Virus record (IMG/VR): IMGVR_UViG_2541047681_000007
DNA: 47,714 nt
Reading direction: 5' to 3' (one strand)
Source: a virus
Taxonomy: Duplodnaviria > Heunggongvirae > Uroviricota > Caudoviricetes
This document shows positions 1 through 12,960 of this stretch, piece by piece (position 1 is the first letter of the stretch; each line of letters opens with the position of its first letter). Both the position numbers and the translations under genes were made by a program. The notes under the pieces were generated by a model. That model was given only the letters and a program-made list of their open reading frames with translations, did no database searches and had not been told where the DNA came from.

Positions 1-1209
1 ATGTCGGTTTTTCATAACTGGCTGCTTGATATCGCAAGCGGGAATTACTTTATCTACATCAAACGCCTTTCTGCAAACGACACAGGCGCAACAGGTGGCC
101 ATCAGGTCGGACTTTATATCCCCTCAAATATCGTTGAAAAGCTTTTTCCATCTATCAATCATACTCGCGAACTGAACCCTTCAGTCTTCCTTACTGCGCA
201 TGTATCATCCCATGATTGCCCTGATACCCAAGCACGCGCAATTTATTACAACAACCGTTATTTTGGTAAGACCCGAAACGAAAAAAGAATTACGCGCTGG
301 GGGAGAGGAAGTCCATTACAGAACCCTGAAAATACAGGAGCCCTCACAATTCTTGCTTTCAGGTTAAACGAACAGAACACTGACTGTTCCGAGGTAGATA
401 TATGGGTCTGCGTCAATCCCGATGAAGAGGATATCATCGAGTCTGCTATTGGCGAAATCATACCTGGAACCCTAATTTCCGGCCCTGCTGGACAAATTTT
501 GGGCGGATTGTCTCTTCAGCAAACTCCAGTAAATCATAAATATGTTATTCCTGAAGACTGGAAGAAGCGTTTTCCTTCTGGAAACGAAATTATTCAATAT
601 GCTGCTGGCCATTATGCTAAAAACTCCAAGGATCCAGATGAGCAACTGATTGACCGTCGGCGTGTCGAGTATGATATTTTTCTACTCGTCGAGGAATTAC
701 ATGTTCTTGATATTATTAAGAAAGGATTCGATTCTGTAGATGAGTTTATTGCATTAGCCAACTCTGTCAGTAATCGACGTAAATCAAGGGCAGGCAAATC
801 ACTTGAACTTCACCTAGAGAAGCTTTTTATCGAGCACGGACTACGGCATTTCTCCACTCAGGCAGTTACTGAAGGTAATAAAAAACCAGATTTCCTGTTT
901 CCTTCAGCAGAGGCATATCATAACGTTGAATTTCCTGTAGAAAACTTACGTATGCTGGCAGTAAAGACCACCTGCAAAGATCGCTGGCGTCAGATACTGA
1001 ATGAAGCAGATAAAATCCATCAGGTACATTTATTTACACTGCAAGAAGGTGTTTCTTCAGCACAATACCGAGAAATGAAAGATGCGGGTGTCAGACTCGT
1101 TGTACCATCAACTTTACATAAAAAATACCCAGAAGCAGTTAGAGAAGAATTAATAACGCTCGGAGCATTCATTACTGAGCTGATAGAGCTTTACGCTGAA
1201 CTATCATAG
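1..1209 (+). CDS. ecoRIIR: Type IIE restriction endonuclease, EcoRII-like
   Basis: 402 aa ORF starting at window position 1; N-terminus MSVFHNWLL...YIKRLSANDTGATGGHQVGLYIP and overall length match my recollection of EcoRII (about 404 aa); convergent with a Dcm-type methyltransferase. Confidence 0.75.
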   Translation: MSVFHNWLLDIASGNYFIYIKRLSANDTGATGGHQVGLYIPSNIVEKLFPSINHTRELNPSVFLTAHVSSHDCPDTQARAIYYNNRYFGKTRNEKRITRWGRGSPLQNPENTGALTILAFRLNEQNTDCSEVDIWVCVNPDEEDIIESAIGEIIPGTLISGPAGQILGGLSLQQTPVNHKYVIPEDWKKRFPSGNEIIQYAAGHYAKNSKDPDEQLIDRRRVEYDIFLLVEELHVLDIIKKGFDSVDEFIALANSVSNRRKSRAGKSLELHLEKLFIEHGLRHFSTQAVTEGNKKPDFLFPSAEAYHNVEFPVENLRMLAVKTTCKDRWRQILNEADKIHQVHLFTLQEGVSSAQYREMKDAGVRLVVPSTLHKKYPEAVREELITLGAFITELIELYAELS

Positions 1210-1243
1210 GCTGACTCCCGGCTTAAAAGGCCGGGAGATGTTC

Positions 1244-2677
1244 TCAAGGCTGCCCAGTCTTACCAGCATCAGCAGAAACAGCTTTGAGGATATAGGGTTC
1301 CAGAAGTCTGGCAACAGCTTCAAATACTGGCACCACAACTGAGTTACCGAACTGCCGATATGACTGAGTATCTGAAACCGGAATACGGAATGGTTTCCCT
1401 CCAGGTTTTTCAAATCCCATAAGGCGTGCGCACTCTCGGGGAGTCAGCCTGCGTGGTCGACGAGCCTGATTACTCTCATTCATAAAGTCAGCCTCTCCCG
1501 TTGCCATATCCCAACCACGATCAATAAGAATTTCTGATCCGTCTTTGTGATATCTGGCAGAAAGTGTGCGTGCAATGCTTTCCTTATTCTCAGGATTGAC
1601 CAACCCAAAGCCAAAACCATTCCCCTTGGCTGCATGCTTTTTGGCGTAGTTATAAAGGTACTCCCATAGTTTTGGCGTAAGTATATATTTACTGTCGACT
1701 ACAGGCTCCAGCAATTCACCAAATGATGGGCGGTGTTCCGGATAAAAACGACTGATATCACGCAAGGTAAACCCCTTGTGAATATTCAGATCTCGTCTAA
1801 ATCCGACCAGAACAATGCGTTCACGATGCTGAGGCAAAAAATGCTTCCCATCGATAATCTTTGGATCGTTTTTTCCCATTTCTGCAGCATCGGCAACTTC
1901 GTAGCCCAGCTCGTCAAGGGTCTCCATAATGACTTTGAAAGTTTTACCCTTATCATGGCTCTTCAGATTTTTGACATTTTCCAGCACAAAAATTGCCGGT
2001 TTTTTTGCTCGTATAATACGTGCCACGTCAAAAAAAAGTGTTCCTTGTGCTTCACATTCAAAACCATGCGCACGACCAAGTGAGTTTTTCTTACTAACAC
2101 CAGCAAGGCTAAATGGCTGGCACGGGAACCCCGCAAGAAGCACATCATGATCCGGCACATGCTCATCAATATATGCATAAGCATCCGTTTCCAATACATC
2201 GGTTTTATCACTCAGCGTGACTTCCCGAATATCGAGATTGAATTTATGCACCTGTTCATCGTTAAACCAGTTGGCCTTGTATGTACGCACAGCATCTTTA
2301 TTCCATTCACTGGTAAAAACACACTGGCCTCCAATGGCCTCAAAACCTTTCCGTATCCCTCCAATTCCAGCAAATAAGTCAATGAAGCGGAAAGCATATT
2401 CTGGATGGTTTGCAGGTGGTTCTGGTAGCATCTTACGCAGAAGAGACTCTTCTACTGAAGTCAACGATTTTGGTAAACACTTGCCATTAATCCAGCGGTT
2501 AATGGTTTCACGGCTCCACTCATTTTTTCCGACTTTTCTCAGTAATTCAGCCACATACTTCTGATCATAGATTTCCAGCACTTTCTCGATAAGCTTTTTA
2601 TCATTTTCCTGTCGCAGCTTTTCTTCCGCCTCGGCTTCCTTCAGCAGATGCTGTGCCAACACTTCAAATTCAGACAT
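1244..2677 (-). CDS. dcm: DNA (cytosine-5)-methyltransferase, Dcm / M.EcoRII-like
   Basis: C5-MTase motifs [11 protein letters not shown] (motif I), [11 protein letters not shown] (PCQ, motif IV), ENVKNL (motif VI), [10 protein letters not shown] (motif X); ORF extends to 2719 but the ATG at 2677 (MSEFEVLAQ...) is preceded by GGAGG and gives 477 aa. Confidence 0.85.
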   Translation of the reverse strand: MSEFEVLAQHLLKEAEAEEKLRQENDKKLIEKVLEIYDQKYVAELLRKVGKNEWSRETINRWINGKCLPKSLTSVEESLLRKMLPEPPANHPEYAFRFIDLFAGIGGIRKGFEAIGGQCVFTSEWNKDAVRTYKANWFNDEQVHKFNLDIREVTLSDKTDVLETDAYAYIDEHVPDHDVLLAGFPCQPFSLAGVSKKNSLGRAHGFECEAQGTLFFDVARIIRAKKPAIFVLENVKNLKSHDKGKTFKVIMETLDELGYEVADAAEMGKNDPKIIDGKHFLPQHRERIVLVGFRRDLNIHKGFTLRDISRFYPEHRPSFGELLEPVVDSKYILTPKLWEYLYNYAKKHAAKGNGFGFGLVNPENKESIARTLSARYHKDGSEILIDRGWDMATGEADFMNESNQARRPRRLTPRECARLMGFEKPGGKPFRIPVSDTQSYRQFGNSVVVPVFEAVARLLEPYILKAVSADAGKTGQP

Positions 2678-3038
2678 AATTCCTCCAAGGGGTCTAATGG
2701 GTGAAACTTTATCACTCATTCAACCCAGAAGGAAATGTTTTATCTGGATATTTAAACAGTGACTACAACGTAATCTAGCACTGGTGATGCTTTGTTAGGC
2801 ATAGAGAATCATTCTATATACGACTAATGACAGAAAAACAGCAGACAAGTAGTTTGTTCATAAATTAACGCATACTATGTGTCTACGGTTTTCGAGACCG
2901 GTCCAATCATCAAACGAAACATAAAATTAGCTCACATTATGAGGAAAAGTATCTTTTTTGTACTATGTAAATTCAAAGGCTTAGCCTCATTTCTCCGATG
3001 GTTTTCTCAATACTACTGGTTGTGAGCCCTTGCAATGA

Positions 3039-3857
<819 letters not shown>

Positions 3858-3878
3858 GTCTTTAAGTGATAAGCATAA

Positions 3879-3925
3879 ACCGCAGCACGTCATGCATACG
3901 TCGTGTCTGCGGTTTTTCTTTTTTG
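3879..3925 (+). terminator. Rho-independent terminator after the GIY-YIG gene
   Basis: inverted repeat ACCGCAG...CTGCGGT followed by TTTTTCTTTTTT. Confidence 0.5.
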
Positions 3926-3926
3926 C

Positions 3927-4511
3927 TTACACGGTGTCTGGTTCTTCTGGCCACTCAATATCCGGTGCAGTTGTTGTATTAACACGGTTCAGCAACACCC
4001 GATATTTTTTCCAGGCTTCCAGCAATGAGGTTTCTTCCTCCGTTGCGATCTCCAGATCTACAGCATCCTGAAGTGGCGCTATATGCTCACTGGCTACCTG
4101 CATCAGGCTGTTTTTTGTTTCTTCCGCCTCCCGGATCCGGAACAGTTTTTCTGCTTCCGTATCCTTCACCCAGGCTGTGCCGTTCCACTTCTGATATTCC
4201 CCTTCCGGCGATAACCAGGTGACATTTTCCGGTAACGAGCCAAGTTCAGAAATAAATAACGCGTCGCCGGAAGCCACGTCATAGACGGTTTTTCCCCGAT
4301 GATCTTCAACGAGATGCCACGATGCCTCATCACTGTTGAAAACAGCCACAAAGCCAGCCGGAATATCTGGCGGTGCAATATCGGTACTGTTTGCTGGCAG
4401 ACCTGTATGAGGCGGAATATATGCGTCACCTTCACCAATAAATTCATTAGTTCCGGCCAGCAGATTATAAATTTTTATGGTCCGTGGTTGTTCACTCATT
4501 CTGAATGCCAT
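3927..4511 (-). CDS. tfa: Tail fiber assembly protein Tfa
   Basis: 194 aa, [51 protein letters not shown] typical lambdoid Tfa; start overlaps stf stop. Confidence 0.85.
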   Translation of the reverse strand: MAFRMSEQPRTIKIYNLLAGTNEFIGEGDAYIPPHTGLPANSTDIAPPDIPAGFVAVFNSDEASWHLVEDHRGKTVYDVASGDALFISELGSLPENVTWLSPEGEYQKWNGTAWVKDTEAEKLFRIREAEETKNSLMQVASEHIAPLQDAVDLEIATEEETSLLEAWKKYRVLLNRVNTTTAPDIEWPEEPDTV

Positions 4512-7500
4512 TATGCAAGCCTCACAATATAGTTAAATGCGATGTTTTTGACGGTGTTTTCCGCGTTACCAGCAGCGTTAACGGTGATGGTGTGTCCATG
4601 TGAACCAATCGCAACGGAGTGCGTGTGTGCACCAATACCGACAGTATGTGCGTGTGCACCTGCAGATGCTGCTGTGCCGGACAGTGAGTGGCTATGGTTA
4701 CCATCTGTACTGGTATTAGCTAACGCCCCCGTAGACATACCTACTGAGCCTTGTACACCCCAGGTATTTTGACCTGAGCTTGTATAACCATATTGATAAG
4801 TATCTTTAAAAACACTGGGGTTAAATCGACGGCCATCTCTATGGCTGTGATTACCAGCTGCATTCGTGCTGCCACTTAAACTATGGGTATGCGCACCAGT
4901 GTTATTCGTGGATTTAGTGCCGTAATCAAACGACGATGTGGTTTTCGTCCCCAAATCAGTACTGGATGCGCTGGCGCTGTGGGTATGCGATTTTATGCCG
5001 TCCTGTTCCTGAGACAATACGGCACGACCACTGGCGGGCTTGCCCTTAATCGTCCAGCCACGCATATCAGGGATCACGCCTGACGGATAAGCGGCTGCAA
5101 GTTTCGGGTAGGCAGATTTGTCAAAAGTCTGCCCCTGCATCAGGGCATAACCAGACGGAACGGTATCTGATGGCCACGGGATTGGTGCGCCGACTGGGTA
5201 GCTTTCTGGTGGAAGATTTTTCGAGGTATAAACTTCTGCCCAGTCTTCCTCAAAACCATAACCGTCTCTTGAAGAACGGTAGAACAGACCACCATTTCTG
5301 TAATGCGCCTTCATCTGCAAGGTCCGGCAACTTCCGACTCCGGTATAGAAGTTAACCAGAATATAGCTGTCGCCAGAGCGGGTGACATTATAAGCGCCTG
5401 ATTCGGCATTCCAGGGAACGCCACCATCCGCATCGGCATATGTATCCGTTGCCCTTCTGGCAAAAGCAGCCACATGCGCGGCGGTTAAAGTAATATCTTT
5501 GGAACCATCAAACTCAACACCAGAAACCCGTCTTGGCGTTTGCAGCTTTGTTGCTGTTAATGCATTACCGTTCAGACTTGCGGACAGTTTGGTTCCAATA
5601 ACCAGTTCGCCGGTTGCGTTATCAATAGCAAACGGTCTTAATGTATTCCAGCCACCATAAACATCACCTTGATTGGTAAGCAGCAGGTAAGTTTTAGCGC
5701 CATCATTACGCCATAATGCCCCATACTCCCCACCTATCATTCGAATCTGATTACCACCACGCGCTACAATTTCGTCTGTGGCAAAAAGTTTTTTGCACGA
5801 CAAGTTATCGTTAACGATTAACGAATGAGACTCATAAAAACCACGCCCACTCTTAAAATCAAGGATAACGTCCGCCGCGATACATTCAGTCGCCGGATTT
5901 GTTGCCCCAAACTTATAGGTCGTATCATTAACAACGAGATCAGCACCAGGTGCGGATATTGACAGGCCATCTTCGATAAACGCAAAAACAGGGAAAGCTG
6001 CGCCATCAACATAGAACACAGAGCGCAAATCATCGCCCTTATTACTCATCATTATTGAGTGGATGGCTCGTTCATTGTTTTGATATTGCCAGAACATGCC
6101 ATAAGCATAACGCCCCCTGTCAGTCCAGCCGCCAGGCATAACAAATCCGTTAAACTCGCAGTTATTCATCGGATCGCCTGCGGTTCGCGTTGCCGTGGTG
6201 ATAATGACCCTTGATGCCAGTTCGCTTACTGAGCCAGCAGAACGCATAACAACAACAGGGTAATATTTTCCAGATGTTGCACCTGCAGGAGCGTTAACCC
6301 GCACATAACGCATACCACGCTTATCAGCAAAGTCTGTTTTACTGACCGCGTTAATGTTGTTCAGGAAGCGTCCCTTATCGGGTATATCAGCGCCGTTCTG
6401 GTCTTTCTGCAGACGTTTCTCTGCATTGTCATAGGCTGATTTTACTGCCTTTGGCGTTGCCGCCAGCGTTTCAGACGTACTGTTGGTCGCACTGCTTAGC
6501 TGAACTATCCCTTTCTGTGCTGTCGTTGCATCCTGTGCGGTGTATTTCCCGTTAGCCAGGTCATACGCGGCCTTAACGGCTTTTGGTGTTGCCGCCAGTG
6601 ACTCGGAAGTGCTGTTAGTCGCACTACTGAGCTGTACTATCCCCTTTTTCGTCGTGCTCGCATCCTCAAGCGCCACGGCGGATGCAATATCCTCTGCCCG
6701 TTTTGCCGCTGTCTCAGCGCGCGTTGCCGCGGATTCCGCCGTACTTTTGCTCTGTGCTGCCGCCGTCGCACTGCCAGCTGCCTCTGTCGCCTTCGTGGAT
6801 GCTGTCGTGGCGCTGCCCTTCGCTGCTGACGCCTGTCTGGTCGCCTCATCTTTTGAAGCAGACGCCGATGATGCCGATGACGCCGCCGAACTGGCTGACG
6901 ATGCGGCAGCCGTTTTTGAGGATTCTGCACGGGTTTCCGACGCTTTTGCGTTCGTTTCGGATGTCTTCGCTGCGGAAGCAGACCTCGCTGCTGCCGTGGC
7001 CTGCTCAGTGGCTTCGCCAGCCTTCGTTGTGGCTGTTGAAGCAGACGATGCGGCACTTTCTGCCGACTTTCCGGCAGCGGTGGCACTGGCTGAGGCCTGC
7101 CCGGCACTTGTTGACGCGGCGCTGGCAGATGATGCAGCCGCTGTTTTTGAGCCTGCCGCAGCCGAGGCGCTCTGTCCCGCTGCCGTTTCAGAAGACCTGG
7201 CGTTCGTCTCGGACGTTTTTGCCGCCTTCGCGGAATTTCCTGCCGCCGTTGCCGAGGAAGCGGCACTACTGGCGCTTGATGATGCGTTCGTTTCTGATGA
7301 TTTCGCTGCCTCTTTTGAGGCCGCCGCATCCCGGGCTGAGGTGGCAGCTTCTGACGCTTTCGTGGTCGCGGTGGATGCAGAAGTGGCTGCAGATTTTTGT
7401 GACGCTGCAGCATTCGTTTCTGACGTTTTCGCCGCACCGGCACTGGTAGCCGCCGCGCTTTTTGAGGACTCTGCAGCGGCAGCACTTTTTGATGCTTCAG

Positions 7501-8041
7501 TAGCCTTTGTTGATGCCGTTCCTGCGCTGGAAGACGCTGACTGAGCCGACGACGCGGCCTGTCCGGCTGACGTGCTGGCTGCGCGTGCTGAGCCTGCAGC
7601 ATCAGTCGCATGGGTTGCCGCCTCACGGGCTGATGTGCTGGCATCGCTGGCTGACTTCTTCGCGGCTGCCGTGTTCTGTGCCACGGCGGACGCGTTACGC
7701 GCCACCTCTTCCACCATCAGTTCAAAACGGCGCAGTGCCTCAGGACGGGCATCATCCTCCGTCATGGCACCGAGAAAATCATTCAGCGTACCGGGTCGGG
7801 AATCTTCATACACGGTGATGGTCCCGGCATGTGACGGCGGGAATCCTTCCACCAACAGAATAACGCTGTACTGACCGTACTCAACGTCCATGCTGTAACG
7901 CCCGGCCTCATCCGGATTTTCTGAGGCCAGCGTGTTCACCACCACCGTGGTGCTGTTACGTTTTGCTTTCAGCTGGATTGTGCAGTTCTGTACCGGTTTT
8001 CCTGTGCCGTCTTTCAGTACACCTGAAATCTTTACTGCCAT
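4511..8041 (-). CDS. stf: Side tail fiber protein Stf (long form)
   Basis: N-terminus [26 protein letters not shown] and C-terminus [31 protein letters not shown] match lambda Stf; long Ala/Ser/Thr-rich repeat region; ORF track starts 2 codons earlier at 8047. Confidence 0.85.
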   Translation of the reverse strand: MAVKISGVLKDGTGKPVQNCTIQLKAKRNSTTVVVNTLASENPDEAGRYSMDVEYGQYSVILLVEGFPPSHAGTITVYEDSRPGTLNDFLGAMTEDDARPEALRRFELMVEEVARNASAVAQNTAAAKKSASDASTSAREAATHATDAAGSARAASTSAGQAASSAQSASSSAGTASTKATEASKSAAAAESSKSAAATSAGAAKTSETNAAASQKSAATSASTATTKASEAATSARDAAASKEAAKSSETNASSSASSAASSATAAGNSAKAAKTSETNARSSETAAGQSASAAAGSKTAAASSASAASTSAGQASASATAAGKSAESAASSASTATTKAGEATEQATAAARSASAAKTSETNAKASETRAESSKTAAASSASSAASSASSASASKDEATRQASAAKGSATTASTKATEAAGSATAAAQSKSTAESAATRAETAAKRAEDIASAVALEDASTTKKGIVQLSSATNSTSESLAATPKAVKAAYDLANGKYTAQDATTAQKGIVQLSSATNSTSETLAATPKAVKSAYDNAEKRLQKDQNGADIPDKGRFLNNINAVSKTDFADKRGMRYVRVNAPAGATSGKYYPVVVMRSAGSVSELASRVIITTATRTAGDPMNNCEFNGFVMPGGWTDRGRYAYGMFWQYQNNERAIHSIMMSNKGDDLRSVFYVDGAAFPVFAFIEDGLSISAPGADLVVNDTTYKFGATNPATECIAADVILDFKSGRGFYESHSLIVNDNLSCKKLFATDEIVARGGNQIRMIGGEYGALWRNDGAKTYLLLTNQGDVYGGWNTLRPFAIDNATGELVIGTKLSASLNGNALTATKLQTPRRVSGVEFDGSKDITLTAAHVAAFARRATDTYADADGGVPWNAESGAYNVTRSGDSYILVNFYTGVGSCRTLQMKAHYRNGGLFYRSSRDGYGFEEDWAEVYTSKNLPPESYPVGAPIPWPSDTVPSGYALMQGQTFDKSAYPKLAAAYPSGVIPDMRGWTIKGKPASGRAVLSQEQDGIKSHTHSASASSTDLGTKTTSSFDYGTKSTNNTGAHTHSLSGSTNAAGNHSHRDGRRFNPSVFKDTYQYGYTSSGQNTWGVQGSVGMSTGALANTSTDGNHSHSLSGTAASAGAHAHTVGIGAHTHSVAIGSHGHTITVNAAGNAENTVKNIAFNYIVRLA

Positions 8042-8052
8042 ATTCACCCCAC

Positions 8053-8078
8053 AAAAAAGCCCGCCTGAAACGGCGGGC
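8053..8078 (-). terminator. Putative intrinsic terminator downstream of lom
   Basis: hairpin GCCCGCC-loop-GGCGGGC followed by a T-run on the minus strand. Confidence 0.4.
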
Positions 8079-8105
8079 TGTCATAACACTGTGTTACCTG
8101 GCTAA

Positions 8106-8705
8106 TCAGAACTTATAACCGACACCCACGATGAAACCGTCAGTGCGCCAGTCGCCACTGCCGGAACCTTCATAAGCGACATCAATGGCCACGGACTCGG
8201 TCGGGTTAAACTGCACGCCAGCTCCCCACGCCAGAGACGTGTTGCTGTGGCGACCGTCATCACTTCCGGTCAGCACATCGTGCGTTTTCCCCTTGTTGTC
8301 AGTTACGCGGATATAATCTCCGGAGAAAGTCGAAACACGGCTGTAAGCCATACCCGCCATCGCATACGCGCTGAACCATTCATTCACGCGCACAGACGGC
8401 CCCGCCATCACGCTGAACCAGCGGTTACGCACGGAATCCTCATGCCAGCGGGTATCGCTGTAATGCGTTTTTTGCTCATCTTCAGCGTTGGCATAACTGA
8501 ATGACGTAATCAGCCCCAGCGTGTCCGTAAACTCATAACGGTATTTCACGTTAATCCCGTTCAGATTATCGCTGCCGGGAGCGTTCGTACGGGCATGAAG
8601 ATACCCTGCGCTCAGTGTGGCCGGCTGCTCAGACGCCCATGCAGGCGCACCGGATACGGCCAGACAGATGGCTGCGGACAAAATGGCTACACAAACTTTA
8701 CGCAT
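8106..8705 (-). CDS. lom: Outer membrane protein Lom (Ail/Lom family)
   Basis: 199 aa with signal peptide MRKVCVAILSAAICLAVSGAPAWA and C-terminal ...GFIVGVGYKF, near identical in pattern to lambda Lom. Confidence 0.85.
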   Translation of the reverse strand: MRKVCVAILSAAICLAVSGAPAWASEQPATLSAGYLHARTNAPGSDNLNGINVKYRYEFTDTLGLITSFSYANAEDEQKTHYSDTRWHEDSVRNRWFSVMAGPSVRVNEWFSAYAMAGMAYSRVSTFSGDYIRVTDNKGKTHDVLTGSDDGRHSNTSLAWGAGVQFNPTESVAIDVAYEGSGSGDWRTDGFIVGVGYKF

Positions 8706-8726
8706 AATTACCTCTCGCTTTTCTGC

Positions 8727-8753
8727 AATAAAAAAGGCGCCATTTCTGGCGCC
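8727..8753 (-). terminator. Putative intrinsic terminator downstream of J
   Basis: GGCGCCA-loop-TGGCGCC hairpin followed by a U-run on the minus strand. Confidence 0.4.
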
Positions 8754-8772
8754 CGTATATGGGTTATAAAAT

Positions 8773-11700
8773 TCAGCTGATACTGATGCCTGCGGTGGCT
8801 TTCTTCATCACCACAACCAGCAAATCGCTGATACTTGCTGTGGGATACCAGTCATTTACCAGCCATGATGACACCGAAAACTCCAGCGTCATATGGCCGC
8901 GACCAGCTGGCATATCAATAACACCACTGTAAATCAGCGTATTATCCAGCGCGGTACGGTTATAAATTTCAGCACCGTTTTTCCGTACTATCAGGCGGCA
9001 TGACGAATAAATATCGTTATTCTCCCGCTCATGTTTAGCGCCGCTGAATGCCACCGCCGGAATAACAATCTGCCGGTCAAACGGCTGATCGTCATAAACC
9101 CTGACGGTGATGGTCCCTGATGGCCACCGTTCCGGTGCACGGGAGTCCCGGGGGAAAGCTTTGCCCACTGTTTTAACGAGATCGCCTTCAATCTGGTTGG
9201 CGGACAGTTTTCCCAGAACCCGACAGTTCTCGTTAATCGTGACGTTGTTGAGCGTCCCGGAGTTCGCATTCACGTTACCGCTGATATCGGCATTTTTCGC
9301 CGTCAGCCGCCCGTCCGGTGTCAGGGAAAATACCGGAGGATTACCGCCGCTGGTAATGGTGGGAGCCGTCAGGCGTTTCAGGAACACTTCGTTCATGAAT
9401 ATCTGATCGCCCTGCCCAACAAACATCGGCTTTGTGTTGCCATTCGCAGGATTAATCATCGCAATCCTGTCTGCCGCCAGCAGCACCTGACTCTGCATGC
9501 CGTCAGGGGTGTTCTCAATACCGGCACCAATACCCGCGATATAAAGGCGTCCGTCCTGCATCTGCTGCAGCTTCACAGCCCACATGCTGTTCAGGTTATT
9601 ATTTGTATCAACCTGAACCTTCTGTATCTGCTGAATCGCTGCACTCTGGTCTTCCAGTTTCTTATTGACGGTCTGCGTGATTTCATTGCTGACATCCGTA
9701 ATGGACGTCCTGATTTCAGCCAGGTCAGGCGCAAGCTGACCGTTATCAATCTGCGTCCACAGCTCCTGAGCCAGGTGTGTTTTCCCTATCTCTCCTTTGA
9801 AAAAATCCAGATAGCCGGATGCATCATCACTCGGCTGACCAACAGCCTCCACGAATGTCGATTTGCCAACGGTATTCACACTGCGAACGTAAAAATAATA
9901 ATCATGGCCCGGCCTGATATTGATACTGGCGGCTATCCAGTACAGCGCCGTACCAAGATAACGCGCGCTGGTTTCAACCTGCCTGATATCCGCAATCCGC
10001 GTTTCCGAGAACCAGAACTCAAACTGTACCGTCGGATCATAAACCGCAAGATGCGGCGTGGCGGTTATCTGAAAATAGCCCGGCGTCAGCTCAATCTGTG
10101 ACGGCGCTGCCGGTGCGGCAATCCGGAACGATACCGATGCCGGATCGCCCTGCTGCCCCCACGCATTTACTGCCCGGACTGTCAGCCTGTAGTTTCCTGG
10201 CGCCAGTTGTGTGAAGCGGTATGTGGTTTCCGTCGTCCGGGCCGTGCTGACCAGCCGCTCACTGCCGTCGTCCGCTGTTACGGTCAGACGGAGCAGGAAG
10301 CTCACGCCCTTCACCACCTTCGGAGTGTCCCATCGCGCCAGCACCTGATATTCCCCGCTGTCTGCAGTGACTTCGGCGGTCAGGTGCTGCACCGCTGGCG
10401 GCGTGACACCGTTCACCGTGCCACTCTGTTCGCCGTCAAAGTGCGCCCCGTTATCCACGATGGCCTCTTTTTCCGGTACATGCTGCACGGCGGTGATGGC
10501 ATACGTGCCGTCGTCGTTCTCACGGATACTCACGCAGCGGAACAGGCGCTGGCGCAACGTCGGCAGCTTCAGCCCCCATACGCTGTATTCAGCAACGCCG
10601 TCAGGAACACGGCTCACTTTCACCTTCACGCCGTCGGTGACGGACTGAACCTCCACGCTGACCGGACTCCCCTGCCCGTCAACCAGGCTTATCAGCGTGG
10701 TGCCGGAAGATGGCAGCGTGATTTCACGGTCGAGCGTCAGCGTCCGGGTCTGGCTGTTTACCGCCAGCACGCGCCCGCCGGTGCGGATACCGGCATAGTC
10801 ATCATCGCAGATTTCAATGACATCGCCCGGTACATGGCGAAGCCCTTCGGCACCCACGCTGAAGTCCACGGTCTGCGTTTCCAGCAGTTCTGTTTTAATC
10901 AGCCACAGCCCGGCGCGGTGTGCCTGCCCCCGGCTGGTACAGCCAAAGGCATCCATCTTCGTGACATTACGACCGTAACGGGCAATGGCCTGCGTATCTT
11001 CAACAAGCTCTGTCGCCGTCTCCCAGCCGTTGTTCGGGTCAATCCAGTTCACCTCAACGGCATTATGGCGGTCCTTCAGGGCGCTGAAGCTGTAGCGGAA
11101 CGGCGCGCCATCATCCGGCATCACCACATTACTGCGGTTATAGGTCCACACCTTATCTGATGGCCGGTCCTGCACGAACGTCAGCGTCTGCCCGTTCCAT
11201 ACCGGCATACAGCGCATCGCCGAGCAGAAATCACTGAGCACATCCCACGCCTTACGCTGTGTGGTCAGCCAGGCATTACAGGTGATGCGCGGCTCCGTGC
11301 CACCAAATCCATCCGGCACCGACTGGTCGCAATTCTGGCCGATGACATACAGCGCCCATTTATCCACATCCGCTGCACCAAGACGTTTCCCCATGCCGTA
11401 ACGCGGGTGGGTCAGCATATCCCACAGACACCAGGCCATGTTGTTGCTGTATGCCGGTTTTAACGTTCCGTCCCAGATACCGCTGTATTGCCGCGTCTGC
11501 GGGTTATAGTTCGACGGCACCTGCAGAATGCGCCCGCGAAGATGATAATTACGGCTCACCTGCTGGCTGCCGAACTGCTCCGAATCCACCTGCACGCCGA
11601 CCAGTGCCGTGTTCGGGTAGCACTGTTTCACATCGATGATTTCGGTGTATGACGACCAGAGCGTTTTGTTCTGCAGCTGGTCTGTGGTGCTGTCCGGCGT

Positions 11701-12252
11701 CATCCTGCGCATCCGTATATTGAACGGGCGCGGCGGCAGGTTACCCACCACCACCGAGGCCAGATACTGCGAGGTGGTTTTGCCCTTAATGGTGATGTCT
11801 TTTTCCGTCACCCAGCCACCATTACGCTGGATCTGAACCAGCAGGCGGACTTCCGACGGATTCCTGTCCCCCTTTGAGGTGGTTTCCACCAGTGCCTGCA
11901 CGCCGAAGGTAAAACGCAGTCGGTCAATGTTTGCCGACGTGATGGTCCGGGTGATCGGCGTGTCGTATTTCACTTCCGTACCCAGCACCGTCTCGGAGCC
12001 AGAGGATTCAAATCCCTCCGGCGGTGTCTGCTCCTGCTCACCGGCCCGGAACACCACCGTGACGCCGGAGATATTGGTATTCCCCTCACTGTCCAGCACT
12101 GGCGTACTGTTCAGCAGCACGCTTTTTAATCCATCCACCGGACCTTCAATCGGCCCTTCGCTGATGGCATCGATCACACTCAGCAACTGCGTGGACTTCA
12201 GGTTGTCCTTCGCTTCGCGCGGGGTATGCCCCTTACTGCTGCCTTTACCCAT
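8773..12252 (-). CDS. J: Tail tip host specificity protein J
   Basis: 1159 aa; N-terminus [53 protein letters not shown] as in lambda J. Confidence 0.9.
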   Translation of the reverse strand: MGKGSSKGHTPREAKDNLKSTQLLSVIDAISEGPIEGPVDGLKSVLLNSTPVLDSEGNTNISGVTVVFRAGEQEQTPPEGFESSGSETVLGTEVKYDTPITRTITSANIDRLRFTFGVQALVETTSKGDRNPSEVRLLVQIQRNGGWVTEKDITIKGKTTSQYLASVVVGNLPPRPFNIRMRRMTPDSTTDQLQNKTLWSSYTEIIDVKQCYPNTALVGVQVDSEQFGSQQVSRNYHLRGRILQVPSNYNPQTRQYSGIWDGTLKPAYSNNMAWCLWDMLTHPRYGMGKRLGAADVDKWALYVIGQNCDQSVPDGFGGTEPRITCNAWLTTQRKAWDVLSDFCSAMRCMPVWNGQTLTFVQDRPSDKVWTYNRSNVVMPDDGAPFRYSFSALKDRHNAVEVNWIDPNNGWETATELVEDTQAIARYGRNVTKMDAFGCTSRGQAHRAGLWLIKTELLETQTVDFSVGAEGLRHVPGDVIEICDDDYAGIRTGGRVLAVNSQTRTLTLDREITLPSSGTTLISLVDGQGSPVSVEVQSVTDGVKVKVSRVPDGVAEYSVWGLKLPTLRQRLFRCVSIRENDDGTYAITAVQHVPEKEAIVDNGAHFDGEQSGTVNGVTPPAVQHLTAEVTADSGEYQVLARWDTPKVVKGVSFLLRLTVTADDGSERLVSTARTTETTYRFTQLAPGNYRLTVRAVNAWGQQGDPASVSFRIAAPAAPSQIELTPGYFQITATPHLAVYDPTVQFEFWFSETRIADIRQVETSARYLGTALYWIAASINIRPGHDYYFYVRSVNTVGKSTFVEAVGQPSDDASGYLDFFKGEIGKTHLAQELWTQIDNGQLAPDLAEIRTSITDVSNEITQTVNKKLEDQSAAIQQIQKVQVDTNNNLNSMWAVKLQQMQDGRLYIAGIGAGIENTPDGMQSQVLLAADRIAMINPANGNTKPMFVGQGDQIFMNEVFLKRLTAPTITSGGNPPVFSLTPDGRLTAKNADISGNVNANSGTLNNVTINENCRVLGKLSANQIEGDLVKTVGKAFPRDSRAPERWPSGTITVRVYDDQPFDRQIVIPAVAFSGAKHERENNDIYSSCRLIVRKNGAEIYNRTALDNTLIYSGVIDMPAGRGHMTLEFSVSSWLVNDWYPTASISDLLVVVMKKATAGISIS

Positions 12253-12312
12253 TCCTCACGCTCCATAAACGACAAAACCGCCCGGAGGCGGTTTCACATA
12301 AAACATTTTGCA

Positions 12313-12960
12313 TCAGCGACCAATCACCACAACCTGACCACCATCCCCTTCGTCTGCCGTGCTGATCTCCTGAGAAACCACACGTGACCCCACGCGCATT
12401 TCACCGTACAGAACAGGCAGAACATTGCCCTGGGCAACCATGTTATCCAGTGAGGAGAAATAGGTGTTCTGTTTGCCGTTATCTGTACTGGCTGCCGTGG
12501 GCGTCCTGGCTTTCGGTGCCAGCATCTGCGCCACTCCGCCCAGGATCATACTGGCCCCTGCCGCATACATGCCCGATACAGCCGCGGCCCCCAGCCAGCC
12601 CACAGGGTTCCACCATGCCACCGCAATCAGCGCCGCCCCAAGCACCACCTGAAACACACCGCCACTTTTAGCTCCCGCCAGACGCGGCACGATGTGGATC
12701 ACGGCACCATTTGCCAGCGGCTCATTAAGACGGGCAGATAATTCATTTTCGCCTGCATCACGCCCGGCAATGCGCACCTGATACCAGCCCTCATTCAGTT
12801 TCTGACGAAACACCGGGAGCTGTGTGGCCAGTGCCCGGATGGCTTCAGCCCCCGTTTTCACACGAAGGTCGATACGGCGACCAAATCGTTGCAAATCCCC
12901 GTAAAGGCAGATGCGTGCCATGCCCGGTGACGCCAGAGGGAGTGTGTGCGTCGCTGCCAT
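12313..12960 (-). CDS. I: Tail assembly protein I
   Basis: MAATHTLPLASPGMARICLYGDLQRFGRRIDLRVKTGAEAIRALATQLP matches lambda I; overlaps K as in lambda. Confidence 0.85.
   Translation of the reverse strand: MAATHTLPLASPGMARICLYGDLQRFGRRIDLRVKTGAEAIRALATQLPVFRQKLNEGWYQVRIAGRDAGENELSARLNEPLANGAVIHIVPRLAGAKSGGVFQVVLGAALIAVAWWNPVGWLGAAAVSGMYAAGASMILGGVAQMLAPKARTPTAASTDNGKQNTYFSSLDNMVAQGNVLPVLYGEMRVGSRVVSQEISTADEGDGGQVVVIGR

Noticed and set aside
6540-7644. Long ORFs on the plus strand (6540..7544, 6682..7449) and in another minus frame (6637..7644) inside the stf gene
   Set aside because: They lie within the repetitive Ala/Ser/Thr-rich segment of stf and translate to low-complexity Ala- or Arg/Pro/Gln-rich sequence; artefacts of GC-rich repeats.
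10207-11160. 317 aa plus-strand ORF antisense to gene J
   Set aside because: Entirely contained within the well-supported J coding sequence, no start context, composition typical of antisense reading of a GC-rich gene.
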